Notes under the pieces: model-generated
Seen by the model: only the letters and a program-made list of their open reading frames with translations
Told to the model about the DNA's origin: nothing
The model's database searches: none
Position numbers and translations under genes: made by a program
Source of the DNA: Barthelona sp. PCE
Lineage: Eukaryota
Assembly: GCA_040285745.1 (NCBI GenBank)
Contig: JAUFOR010000008.1
Coordinates: 1,922,001-1,986,000, forward strand
DNA length: 64,000 nucleotides
Direction: 5' to 3'
Shown: one piece after another, positions 42,022-51,818 of the stretch
Numbering within the stretch: the stretch's first letter is position 1
Layout of the letters: every line of letters starts with the position of its first letter

Positions 42022-42480
42022 TTACATATTTTGGTTCAGATTGAGTTGTTGCACTTGATGTGATGTTAAGTGTGTATCAATAACGTTCAGGAAATAAGTA
42101 AATAAGTTGACTGTTAGGAGCACCAAACCTATAACCATTACACAAATTATAAAAGCAACATCTATTATTGGTATTACATTCATGTTAAACACCTTACTGA
42201 TATGACCAATGAAGAGACTTATGAACATGACGCCTGTTATGAGCTTTAGAATATCAATAAATATATGTAGTCGGAATTTTGAGCTGTACGAGGGAAGGTA
42301 TCGTTTTGATTCATAACCTGTTCGTTGAATTATCAGGTTACCCCTACTAGGATGCACAAACGATAGAAGAAACTGCACGATCATCACAATATGTAAGTTA
42401 AGCATCTGTTTAGCTTCAATAACTAAAGCAACAACAAAGAACAATAAAAAGACCCTATATCCCCAGCTTACACCGTTCAT
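42022..42480 (-). CDS. Small multi-pass membrane protein (weak Rer1-like resemblance)
   Basis: 152-aa ORF filling the gap, with about 4 hydrophobic segments; family assignment uncertain. Confidence 0.6.
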   Translation of the reverse strand: MNGVSWGYRVFLLFFVVALVIEAKQMLNLHIVMIVQFLLSFVHPSRGNLIIQRTGYESKRYLPSYSSKFRLHIFIDILKLITGVMFISLFIGHISKVFNMNVIPIIDVAFIICVMVIGLVLLTVNLFTYFLNVIDTHLTSHQVQQLNLNQNM

Positions 42481-42593
42481 ACACTGCCAAAACCTTAAGC
42501 AAGGATGATAAAGATGAATAAATGCTCAAGCAAATTAGATCAACGGATAGTAGCCCATTCAATATTTTTCTTCTCTTTCGTACATCATATAAG

Positions 42594-43688
42594 ATGGTTG
42601 TGAGCGAGATTGTGGGGTTTTTGTTCAGAATTTTACCTGTTCCTGAAGTATATGTTTCAATGTCAGTTTTAGTTGTCGTTGCCATTGCTTTGGTACATTT
42701 GGGAAGTCATTTGAGTGATCTCTCCAAAAAGAACGAGGGATCTGTTCAATTCGTATCGTATGATTCAATGAAAACGAGTGATGTTGCACTATTTCCGATT
42801 GTTGCCGGTGCAGCTTTAACAGGACTCTTTGTCGCTATGAAGTTCTTCGGAAAGGAGTTGGTGAACAAGTTGATGGGTTTCTATTTCTTTGCTGTTGCCA
42901 GTATTTCAATGGCTTATCTTTTAGTGGTTCTTATGTCATTAAGGGAGACTGAAGAGTCAATTAAGGAGTCTATGTGGTTCGGAAATGTCACTATGAGATT
43001 CCCTATTCCGTTCTATAAATCAGTATCGTTCTCTTTCTGTTTGTTGCACATAATTGGTTTCTTTCTGGGTATGATTATCAGTGCTCTGTATCATACAGAG
43101 AAGCATTGGCTCCTGGCCAACACACTTGCTGCAATTTTCACCGTTATGGGAATTATTGAGTTTCCTTTTGTGAAATACTCACACTGTGCTGCTCTTCTCG
43201 GCCTTTTGTTTTTGTATGACATTTTTTTTGTGTACTTCACACCCATCATGATCAGTGTTGCATCGAATCTCGATCTTCCTATTAAGTTACTCTTCCCTAG
43301 AAATCAGTTGTGCACAGAGTTTTCGCTTTTGGGACTTGGTGATCTGGTGATTCCTGCTATGCTGTTGAGTAACCTGCGCATGTCAGGAAGACACTACAAA
43401 AAGACACTTGTTGCATATGGTTGTAGTCTTTTCATCGCTGTGTTCTTTGCGGTATATTTTAAGCATGGTCAACCTGCTTTGTTATACATTGTCCCTGCCA
43501 TTCTTTTGGTCTCCACACTCGGAGCGCTCATCAAGGGTGATTTTAAGGAGATGGTCGGGTATCGCTTTGTAGTCGAAGATGTGAAAGAGGAAGAGTGCGG
43601 TGGCAGTCAGGAAGAAGCTGAAGAATGCGATGAGACTGAAGAAGTTGCATGTGAACAATTGCAGGACATAGACGAGCAAGTTGAATAA
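42594..43688 (+). CDS. SPP: Signal peptide peptidase (GxGD intramembrane aspartyl protease)
   Basis: LFLYDIFFV, LLGLGDLVIP and GQPALLYIVP. Start ATG 42594 is inferred from its pyrimidine-rich upstream context. Confidence 0.94.
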   Translation: MVVSEIVGFLFRILPVPEVYVSMSVLVVVAIALVHLGSHLSDLSKKNEGSVQFVSYDSMKTSDVALFPIVAGAALTGLFVAMKFFGKELVNKLMGFYFFAVASISMAYLLVVLMSLRETEESIKESMWFGNVTMRFPIPFYKSVSFSFCLLHIIGFFLGMIISALYHTEKHWLLANTLAAIFTVMGIIEFPFVKYSHCAALLGLLFLYDIFFVYFTPIMISVASNLDLPIKLLFPRNQLCTEFSLLGLGDLVIPAMLLSNLRMSGRHYKKTLVAYGCSLFIAVFFAVYFKHGQPALLYIVPAILLVSTLGALIKGDFKEMVGYRFVVEDVKEEECGGSQEEAEECDETEEVACEQLQDIDEQVE

Positions 43689-43769
43689 ACTCTAGGATTA
43701 TTATTATACCGTTTTTTTTATCGTGATTTTATTGTGATTTTTAAACTATTGATACATAAATTTTTGAGA

Positions 43770-44318
43770 CTAATCCTTAACAGTAGGGTCAATGCGATCA
43801 ATCACCCATTTGAAACCATCCATTAAACCATCTCCAGTCATCGCGCTAGATCCTACAATCATCACATCATGATCTCGTATTTCGTTCATTCCAATTGCCG
43901 CTCCGATTTGATCCGCTGGGAGCGCGGTGGGAAGGTCCTGTTTGTTTGCAAAGAATAGAATCGGAACATTTCTCACATCTGCGTTTTCCAATAAACAAAC
44001 CAGTTCATCTCGTACAAGTGCAAGTCTTAGTTCGTCGGTTGAGTCTATGACAAAGATTATGGCATCTACAGAGTTCAAATATCTGACCCACAACGTACCT
44101 CTGTATCTACCTGCTCCTGACATGTCGTATACCTCAAGCTTAGCGTTCTCAAAGGTCAGAACACGTTCTTCCTGGCCGACAGTGGGTACCATGCTTTCGA
44201 TAGATGTCTCTTTTCCAGTTAAGTGAGAGTTAATTTTGGTTAGAATTGATGACTTGCCCGCGTTCTGTAATCCGAGGCATACCAGCTTGCTCGATGGCTT
44301 AGAAGAGAATACACCCAT
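43770..44318 (-). CDS. ARL6: ARF-like small GTPase ARL6/BBS3
   Basis: MG N-terminus, GLQNAGKS, PTVG, DMSGAGRYR (ARL6-type DMSG..RYR), PILFFANKQDL and SSAMTGDGL. Confidence 0.85.
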   Translation of the reverse strand: MGVFSSKPSSKLVCLGLQNAGKSSILTKINSHLTGKETSIESMVPTVGQEERVLTFENAKLEVYDMSGAGRYRGTLWVRYLNSVDAIIFVIDSTDELRLALVRDELVCLLENADVRNVPILFFANKQDLPTALPADQIGAAIGMNEIRDHDVMIVGSSAMTGDGLMDGFKWVIDRIDPTVKD

Positions 44319-44501
44319 GATTTATTGCTGAAACAAGCAAAGTAAGGGAGGAAAAAAGAAAAACAATGGTTCAGTCCAAAAATAGCAAAATCTGTATGAA
44401 TGGCTGGTAAAAGTCAACGGCACACTCAATTTCAAAGTATATATTTTGCGTAAACATTTTGCCTGATTATAATGAACCATTTTGGACACTATGTTTACTA
44501 C

Positions 44502-45227
44502 TTATTCTTCTTCAACCTGGATGATGTTCCCAGGGGGAGTGATCCATGGCGCCATGCTCAGATCCTTGGGGTCAGACCAAACTTCACCACAAGGCTCAAA
44601 ATGATCAATATTCCAGAAACCCTTACAAAAAGCAAATCCCTCTTCATAGTTGAAGTGAAGCTTACCCTTGGAACACTTGGGGCATGCGGGGAAAGCTCCA
44701 TTAAGACGACCAAAGCAAACTTTCTCCATTAGATCGTTCTTCTTGCCAGTTTGAACTTGTCTGTTTGCCTTAAGCTCATCCTTCAGCTTAGGACAGGTTA
44801 ATTTCTTGAGAGAGAAGACTTCATCTTCTTCCGGTAACTTCCAGTTCTCAAGAGCACCAAGTTTACGAGGCAAACCTCCTTCTTCATCTTCATCAAGTTC
44901 TTCCTTTTTGGACTCATCTTCAGAGTCAGTTTCTTCTTCTTCCTCATCAATCTTGCTGGGATCACTACCGAAATGTGCCAGAAGAATCTCTTGATTCTCT
45001 TCTTCTAAAGTTTCATAGTTGGAGATTTCTTCTACAACCAGTCGAGATGTGCTTAAACAGGTAGCATGGTGATATTCCTTGTTCCTGACCATCATGCCTC
45101 TGCTGGCTAAATAGCGTTGAGTTTCGATCATGACACGTAAAGCGTCTTTTTCAATTTTGTTGCTGCAAGTACGGCATTTTGCACGGCCACTTGGTGACAA
45201 TTCTGCAGTGTATGTTGGAGCTACCAT
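44502..45227 (-). CDS. PARP-type zinc finger plus PADR1 (Zn3) protein without a catalytic domain
   Basis: zf-PARP: AELSPSGRAKCRTC...YHHATC. Acidic linker. PADR1-like: LKDELKANRQ..GKKNDLMEKV.FG..NGAFPACPKC..G.L......FCKG......C. Confidence 0.85.
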   Translation of the reverse strand: MVAPTYTAELSPSGRAKCRTCSNKIEKDALRVMIETQRYLASRGMMVRNKEYHHATCLSTSRLVVEEISNYETLEEENQEILLAHFGSDPSKIDEEEEETDSEDESKKEELDEDEEGGLPRKLGALENWKLPEEDEVFSLKKLTCPKLKDELKANRQVQTGKKNDLMEKVCFGRLNGAFPACPKCSKGKLHFNYEEGFAFCKGFWNIDHFEPCGEVWSDPKDLSMAPWITPPGNIIQVEEE

Positions 45228-45534
45228 TTATACTTTAAAAAATGTATTTGAATAACAATGAAAATAGTTAAAAAAAGGAAAACAGGTTTTTTTTGCCTAT
45301 GTACAAAATTGGACATGGAAAAGTAGCTAAACCATGATTATTAAAGCTTTTCTGAAGAGTAAGCTTCTGTAAGAAAACGTTGCGACTTGATACTTTTTGT
45401 TTTGCTTTGCCAAAGTTCGTCTGAAACGAATAAAAAACCTTAAAACGAGATATTTTTACAATATAGTGGATACCTGCAATAGTGTTGCACATGTTGAACA
45501 AGAAAAAAAGAACATAAATGTCAAAAAGCTACTA

Positions 45535-46524
45535 CTACACGATATCCAACTCATCGATGCTCATCAGTAAGTCAGAAAAGAAGTCCTTAGCCTGCATCAG
45601 ATGAGGAAGAAACTCTTCCATGTTAAAAGAATTGTGAAAGTGTCTTGCTAATACAAACTGATTTGGTAATTGAACCATTGAAAAGTGTCTTTGCTTTTTC
45701 ATATTCATAATTACCTCTTCTATATCGAATTCTAGGTCTGAAGTGTCAGCAAGCATACCTTTGAGAATATGATACCTACATGACAGCAACAATACCATTA
45801 ATGTACCTGTACGACCAACACCGGCACTGCAGTGTATTACAGGGGCGTTTTCTAGAGTTTCCAGCGACCTAACCATGTCATTCTTTCGCAGACTGACAAT
45901 GCCAAACGACATGACGAAATTCATAGCGACACTTCTTAATAGAGTTGTTCGGTTCAACGGGTGTGAGTAATCAAGCCAGTTCTTATCCAATAGGAAGGGG
46001 ACTACACGCTTTGCTGTCTCACCTTTTATACAAAAATGTATGACATAGCATTCCATGTTTAAATCCTTTGGAATACGTGTTCTATACCGCTTAAAGTACT
46101 CAAGCTCACCGGGATATCGCCAGTATTGATGCACCTTATACGGTAGATGCTCCAAACCAATGATAAGACTTCCATAATAGTAAACCATTGCCCAGAAATC
46201 CTTAGTTGTATTTTGAAGTGGCCCCTGGGTGGCAACGAACGAGCAATCGAGTAGTTCAATGTGATTGGCATTGATATACCCTGAAGACAATTGTACAATT
46301 GAACTATCTTCTGGTAGAATATTGCAATACCTATTCTTGAGTTCGTTCTTAGGGTCAGCTCCAAGCTTATTATTGTATGTGTGATTATCCAGCAAATCCC
46401 GGCTCATATTGATAAACATTGTTTCACTTTCTTTAATATCTTTCATTGATGAGCCATATACACCCCTTAACTGCCGGCAAAGAGTTGGCTCGAGTGATAC
46501 ACGAGCCTCCAAAATGAATTGCAT
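45535..46524 (-). CDS. Classical protein tyrosine phosphatase
   Basis: KNRYCNI, YINANHI, ATQGPL, DFWAMV, WLD (WPD-loop variant), IHCSAGVGRTG and MVQ. First ATG at 46524. Confidence 0.93.
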   Translation of the reverse strand: MQFILEARVSLEPTLCRQLRGVYGSSMKDIKESETMFINMSRDLLDNHTYNNKLGADPKNELKNRYCNILPEDSSIVQLSSGYINANHIELLDCSFVATQGPLQNTTKDFWAMVYYYGSLIIGLEHLPYKVHQYWRYPGELEYFKRYRTRIPKDLNMECYVIHFCIKGETAKRVVPFLLDKNWLDYSHPLNRTTLLRSVAMNFVMSFGIVSLRKNDMVRSLETLENAPVIHCSAGVGRTGTLMVLLLSCRYHILKGMLADTSDLEFDIEEVIMNMKKQRHFSMVQLPNQFVLARHFHNSFNMEEFLPHLMQAKDFFSDLLMSIDELDIV

Positions 46525-46793
46525 TCGTAATGATGTCAAAAAATGTGGAAACACAATTTCCTAAAAACTATTACCATTTTTAGCATTTAAAAGTTGGTAA
46601 GTAGTCGTATAGTCCACAAATTAATTGTGAACAACCGTATTTATGAGTTTGTTGTAAACAATTTGAGATATGATGTTGGGTACGTTGATGTTCCCAAACA
46701 AATCATGACTGTGAGGATAATGTGACGAATTTCCTCCAATTAACAATTTGAATTCAATAGCAGACTGTAATACAGTTTCATACTTCTACTTTG

Positions 46794-47426
46794 ATGGAGC
46801 ACATCATTTCTGAACAGCAAGGTGCCAGAGTATTTAAAGTAGGCTCCAGAGATCGTGATGGACATTCATGTAGCGGATGGGAACCCAATTTTGTCAGTTT
46901 TGCAACAGTTTCTGTTGTTTTAATTGATGAAGATATATTTATTCGACTAAACGATCCAGAATCTAAAGAACTCCTAGCAGAGGCTCCAGTTACTCATCCC
47001 ATAAACATTTGTGTAGAAAGAGTTATTGATTCTTCTCGTTTTTATGTCTTGAGAATTGTAGATCGCGCATCATCACGTCACGCATATGTGGGCCTGGGTT
47101 TTGCAGATCGTTCAGCAAGTTTTGAGTTTATGGCAACCATTACTGATAATCTTCAACACTCAAAAAATTTGAATAAGAACAATGTTGAGCTTGAGAATCA
47201 AGATTTTTCCCTAAAATCAGATTCTAAGATTTCTATTGGTTCTTTTACAGGAAATCCTGAAAGAAAACCCGCCCAAAAACAATCAGGTGGTTTTATGGCA
47301 CCACCACCTGTATCTAAACGTTCTCGTCGCAGAAATGTCCAGAGAACAGTGAGTGAACAGCCACAAGCTACAGTTCCAGTTGAAAAACCTGCTGTTAAAA
47401 GTGATGATCTGTTGAGTTTCTTGTAG
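46794..47426 (+). CDS. NECAP: NECAP (adaptin ear-binding coat-associated protein)
   Basis: PHear-domain signature VERVIDSSRFYVLRI...HAYVGLGFADRSASFEF, then DFSLK..KISI and a PPP segment. Confidence 0.92.
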   Translation: MEHIISEQQGARVFKVGSRDRDGHSCSGWEPNFVSFATVSVVLIDEDIFIRLNDPESKELLAEAPVTHPINICVERVIDSSRFYVLRIVDRASSRHAYVGLGFADRSASFEFMATITDNLQHSKNLNKNNVELENQDFSLKSDSKISIGSFTGNPERKPAQKQSGGFMAPPPVSKRSRRRNVQRTVSEQPQATVPVEKPAVKSDDLLSFL

Positions 47427-47463
47427 TTGTAAATATCTGTCTTCTTTTGTAGTCTTTTTGTGT

Positions 47464-48999
47464 ATGGCTGATTTTACTGATACCATTAAGCTATTCGACA
47501 GATTTGCTCTTGATCCCAGCGTCATAAAGAATAGAGAAGAAGATCATGATAAAGAGAAAATTTTTGTAGATGTTCCAAGTTCTACTGGCAACAAAGACGA
47601 TAAGCGGGGTAATTTTAGGCGAAGTACGCGTTCTACTACCAATTTAGAAAACTCTGGGAGTATTCAACGTACTGTTAAACCTCCAACAGCAAATATTGGG
47701 CAAAATGGTGTTGATAGCACAGGAAAGAGCGGTAAAGAAGGGGTAAAATCCAAGGAAACGACTGCAGTTGAGACAAGACGATTTTCTAGTTTGCTTTCAG
47801 AACGCACTCGTCGTATTACCAGTTTATTTCAAAAAAAGCTTCAAGATCAGTACTCCATCTTCTGCTCATACATAGATATGGAACGTAAAGCGCAAGAGGC
47901 CGTTGTTAAAGAACTGAAAGAAGGCAATGAGAGAGAATTGCGAAATTTACGGGAACGCATTCGGCAACTTGCTCGAGAGAATGAAAAATCACAGAGAATG
48001 ACACAGAGATTGTTGCGTGAGGTTTGGAATGTGAAGAAACTTAATGAAAAGTTTCAAGAGCAGAAAGAGGACACGAGTCTTCGACAAAAAGCAACTGTAG
48101 TGCAGTATAAACAGCTGAAAGAGAGTTATGAGCGCCTTATCACAGATAGTGATAGACTTCAAGCTCGCTTGAAGCAAAGTACTCATCTGGTTGACAGTCA
48201 AGCGCAGAAGATAAATCAGTTGAAGGCAATGATTGTAGATATTAAGAACCAAAACGCTAATCTCTCACAGGAGAAAGAAAGTTTGAACGCAAAGGTCGGT
48301 GAACTTGATTCAAAACTTGTAAGCATTCAAAATACACCAGTAGGAACACCCACACCATCCGGAAGAGCAACGCCTTTGGATATTCTTCAAGGGTTTGGAG
48401 AGAAGAAGATAGCTTCCTATGGTGACGGTGTGTCACACGCTGCTTATATTGTTAGCGTTGAACAAAGTACACAAACTACAGTTCGTGAACCAATTAGCGA
48501 ACCGACAGAAGAGTCAATAATCGATGAGATTGTCAACCAGCCTAGCAGTACTGGTCGCTCTATGCGTCTTATTGCTAAAGAGATGGCTACAGATACCATT
48601 GATAATCTAGTAACAGCAATACATACAGCAATGTCGGTGCAAGCTGGATGTATGATAGATGTCAGTTGCCCACTGTGTTTGGGACCGTTGGACAAATGTC
48701 ATGTCATGAACTGTGGGCATTCATTCTGCGATGAGTGCGTTTCGAAGTGGAAAGATCGTCAGACACTTGAAGCAACGTATGTACCTGAGTGTCCTGAATG
48801 TAATGCAAAAATTAGAGTCAGTGATGCTCGGCCAAACCACGTTGTTGATTGCCTTGCAACACGTGTTGTACTTTTAAGTGCTAATATGCCACCTTCAATA
48901 ATGGAATTACTGGATGATTTTGCTCAAATTTTGAAGAATGCAGTGTCAGGAAGAACAAGAAAGATTTCTACACCTCGTCGTCATTCCACATATCGTTAA
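47464..48999 (+). CDS. Coiled-coil protein with a C-terminal C3HC4 RING finger
   Basis: CPLC...CGHSFCDEC...CPEC after a long coiled coil. First ATG at 47464. Confidence 0.88.
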   Translation: MADFTDTIKLFDRFALDPSVIKNREEDHDKEKIFVDVPSSTGNKDDKRGNFRRSTRSTTNLENSGSIQRTVKPPTANIGQNGVDSTGKSGKEGVKSKETTAVETRRFSSLLSERTRRITSLFQKKLQDQYSIFCSYIDMERKAQEAVVKELKEGNERELRNLRERIRQLARENEKSQRMTQRLLREVWNVKKLNEKFQEQKEDTSLRQKATVVQYKQLKESYERLITDSDRLQARLKQSTHLVDSQAQKINQLKAMIVDIKNQNANLSQEKESLNAKVGELDSKLVSIQNTPVGTPTPSGRATPLDILQGFGEKKIASYGDGVSHAAYIVSVEQSTQTTVREPISEPTEESIIDEIVNQPSSTGRSMRLIAKEMATDTIDNLVTAIHTAMSVQAGCMIDVSCPLCLGPLDKCHVMNCGHSFCDECVSKWKDRQTLEATYVPECPECNAKIRVSDARPNHVVDCLATRVVLLSANMPPSIMELLDDFAQILKNAVSGRTRKISTPRRHSTYR

Positions 49000-49107
49000 T
49001 ATGAAATCAATTGTAAATATCTTGTTTTGTGTTTGGATTTCTCCCTTTTTCCAAAGCTTTTTTGGTTTTACTATTATTTTTTACTGTTAGTGGGAACATA
49101 CGACACA

Positions 49108-50280
49108 ATGAAGAAATCACATGTCATTAAAATGTCGATATCAAGTTTTTTCGTTTTCTGCGCTTTCAATACATTCCAACCTAATGTAATTAGTATCTTC
49201 CCCGAGGATGCAAGGCTTGCACTAGGGCTTTTGTACTGTGTTTATGCATTCTCTAACCTTATAGCACCTGTTTTACTTCCAAAAATTTCTTGCAATATTT
49301 TATTTGCATTCAGTTTCGCCCTATATCTGGCTGACGTCTTTGCAGGTATCATTAAGAATGAAACTCTCTTTCTTACGGTTTCTGTCTTCACAGGCTTCGG
49401 AAGTGCAATTTTTTGGAGCACTCAAGGTGCATTTATTCTTCATTTCTCTTCCAATGCAAGTGAAGCTGCAGAACTTTCATCCCTTTTTTGGTCTATTTTC
49501 ACGTTTAATGCAATCGTAGGTTTTGCTCTTTCGAGCGTTTTCCACTCTATTCTTGAAGTATCTCTTGAAACTCTCATGCTTATATTGTGCGGCACGGGAC
49601 TTATAGGAGTGTTCATGTCTCTCACACTACCTTTCTTAAAACTCAAAAACAAGCAAAATGAAGGAAAACCTGTTTCATTTGCAACAATGTTCAAGTTCCT
49701 TATAACTAAATACAGGCCACTGCTACTGATTAGCTTCTTATGTGGCCTTTATTCTCCTTACTTTCAGTCAAATTGGATGGAATATGTGGGTGATGTATGG
49801 GGTCAGCCAGTATTTTTAGTATGGGGTTCAGTTGAGGTACTATTTGCGATGTTCCTGAGCCGGATGACGAAGAAAAAGTCATTTTCTAATGTTACATATT
49901 TGTATTATGGAGTACTCTTCATTGTATTTGCACTAGCTCTTTCTAGTGTTCAGTATCTTTTCACCGACACGTTTTCTGCCATATATTTTGTAATTGCTGT
50001 GTTGTATGGTGTTGGTGACGTACTTATTAATAATATGATTCCTAGTTGTGTTTCTGAGTATTTTAATTCAACAGTTACTTTTGGTATTTCAAGCTTTAAA
50101 TTCTGTCAAGCCTTTGGGTATTTCGTCGGTTTTATCACGCCAACTGTCTTTCCAACGATAGGATTGGATGTGCTTTCATTGATAAACTTGGTTGTAGCTT
50201 TGCTAGCTTGTATTACATTGATTAGAGTGTTCCGCCTGACCTCTCCAGCAGAATTTACTGATCTTCCTGCATCCGTATAG
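49108..50280 (+). CDS. UNC-93-like MFS membrane protein
   Basis: About 11-12 TM segments; FFVFCAFNT and GFGSAIFWSTQGAFI. First ATG at 49108. Confidence 0.85.
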   Translation: MKKSHVIKMSISSFFVFCAFNTFQPNVISIFPEDARLALGLLYCVYAFSNLIAPVLLPKISCNILFAFSFALYLADVFAGIIKNETLFLTVSVFTGFGSAIFWSTQGAFILHFSSNASEAAELSSLFWSIFTFNAIVGFALSSVFHSILEVSLETLMLILCGTGLIGVFMSLTLPFLKLKNKQNEGKPVSFATMFKFLITKYRPLLLISFLCGLYSPYFQSNWMEYVGDVWGQPVFLVWGSVEVLFAMFLSRMTKKKSFSNVTYLYYGVLFIVFALALSSVQYLFTDTFSAIYFVIAVLYGVGDVLINNMIPSCVSEYFNSTVTFGISSFKFCQAFGYFVGFITPTVFPTIGLDVLSLINLVVALLACITLIRVFRLTSPAEFTDLPASV

Positions 50281-50450
50281 TGAACTGTCGCTTTAGTAAA
50301 AAGATTTTTCTTTTTTCGATTTTTGTATGTTTTGTGGATATTAGTCTCGTTCAAGAACTACTTACTGTGTGAAGATCTCGTTTAAAGGAGATAGTTTTAT
50401 CGTGGTGTGCTGTAAAGATGTGTTTTCCATTCTTTTTCCTTTTCATTGTA

Positions 50451-51818
50451 ATGAGTGGATCATCAGTCATTCAACTGAACGCTTTAAACGAGCTAAGGGT
50501 TCATCTCCAACAGGGCACGCTTGAAATAACACTGATATCAGGAAGTGCAGAGTCAGAAGGTTCACCCGTAGTCCTTGATCGTATTTACAAGTTTTATGGG
50601 TCATCTTTGACCACGTTTTCGGGCATTGACACTGTGAATCCGTTCCCAAGCTTCTCCATATATACCTTTTCTGAATGTAAGTTAAAATTGGAATGGAATG
50701 ATTGTGGAGGTCAGGAACCGTTTTATGTTGTCACTGAACCTCAATCTTATCTGTTACAAGTGTTAGATCTATTCAAGCGACTGAGTGATCAGCGTAAGGC
50801 CGGTTATGTCACTAAAGTTTTGTTTTGCGGTGATAGTCGCGTAGGAAAGTCAAGTTATATGCGTATGATGTGTAATTTTGCTGCCCAAACAGGCGTGCCC
50901 GCCATTGTAATGGATTTGGACGCAGAGAAACCCAGTTTCGGAGCCCCAATGACATTTTCACTAGGTCTCGTTTCCCCTGATATGCCATTTGGCGAAGAAA
51001 AAGAGATGCAATATCCACTACAGTATTTCACAGGCGATACATCTCCTTCTCCACAATTATTACACATGTTAGCAACGAATATGCTTGTATCGACCCAGAA
51101 GCGTATGAGCTTTTTAGCCAAGGACAGCGAGTTTACACCATTTGCTCTGTTTGTGGATACCCCTTCGTGTTATTCACTCGAGCAATTAGACACGATAGCC
51201 CGAACAGTTCGCATCACACACGTTATTTGTGTCGATTCTCCAAGCATGATCCATGGACTGGAGCGTATGTGGCAGGGCCGCTGGGCAGCACAGCCAACTA
51301 TTTGGTCTCTAAATTCAATTTCTTCAATACCATCATTCAGTCCTACCAAAATACTTGCAATTCGTAATTGTATTTCACATCGCTACTATTCGTTTTATTT
51401 CAATGCGACAACGGAAAATCCAACACATACAAATAGAGTTATACTACCATTGTCAGAAATCCTCATAGGATCCAAGCAGATAGATACAGTTCTTGATGAT
51501 GCTATGTTGCCAGCAAACTACTCAAAGAAACAACAAATTAATCCATGCCTAGTGCACAATATGGAGATTAGTGAAAGTATTTCACACAAATTGAACAACA
51601 GTATCGTTATGGTCTATGAACTACCCGAAAAGCTCAGTGCATCTGATTTTAGAGAGTCGGGGTTGAGCCTACTTAATCACTCTATTCTTGGCATGGGTTG
51701 TTTCCGAAATGCTAATTATGTAGAGAACGAGATCACGTTAGAAACTCCAGATATTGAAGCAATCAACCCCGAAAGAACCGTTTTTGTCTACAACGAGAAC
51801 ATGGTGTGGATGCGCTAG
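50451..51818 (+). CDS. CLP1: Clp1 (mRNA 3'-end cleavage factor / polynucleotide 5'-kinase)
   Basis: N-domain ELRV...LISGSAESEG...IYTFSECKL, P-loop GDSRVGKSS, MDLD, PLQYFTGDTSP and VDT. Confidence 0.85.
   Translation: MSGSSVIQLNALNELRVHLQQGTLEITLISGSAESEGSPVVLDRIYKFYGSSLTTFSGIDTVNPFPSFSIYTFSECKLKLEWNDCGGQEPFYVVTEPQSYLLQVLDLFKRLSDQRKAGYVTKVLFCGDSRVGKSSYMRMMCNFAAQTGVPAIVMDLDAEKPSFGAPMTFSLGLVSPDMPFGEEKEMQYPLQYFTGDTSPSPQLLHMLATNMLVSTQKRMSFLAKDSEFTPFALFVDTPSCYSLEQLDTIARTVRITHVICVDSPSMIHGLERMWQGRWAAQPTIWSLNSISSIPSFSPTKILAIRNCISHRYYSFYFNATTENPTHTNRVILPLSEILIGSKQIDTVLDDAMLPANYSKKQQINPCLVHNMEISESISHKLNNSIVMVYELPEKLSASDFRESGLSLLNHSILGMGCFRNANYVENEITLETPDIEAINPERTVFVYNENMVWMR

Noticed and set aside
45529..45537. 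Tandem stop codons (TAG TAG TAG after the PTP; double stops at four other genes)
   Set aside because: Five of 31 ends is only modestly above chance in AT-rich DNA, and some are by-products of the AGTRAA signal.
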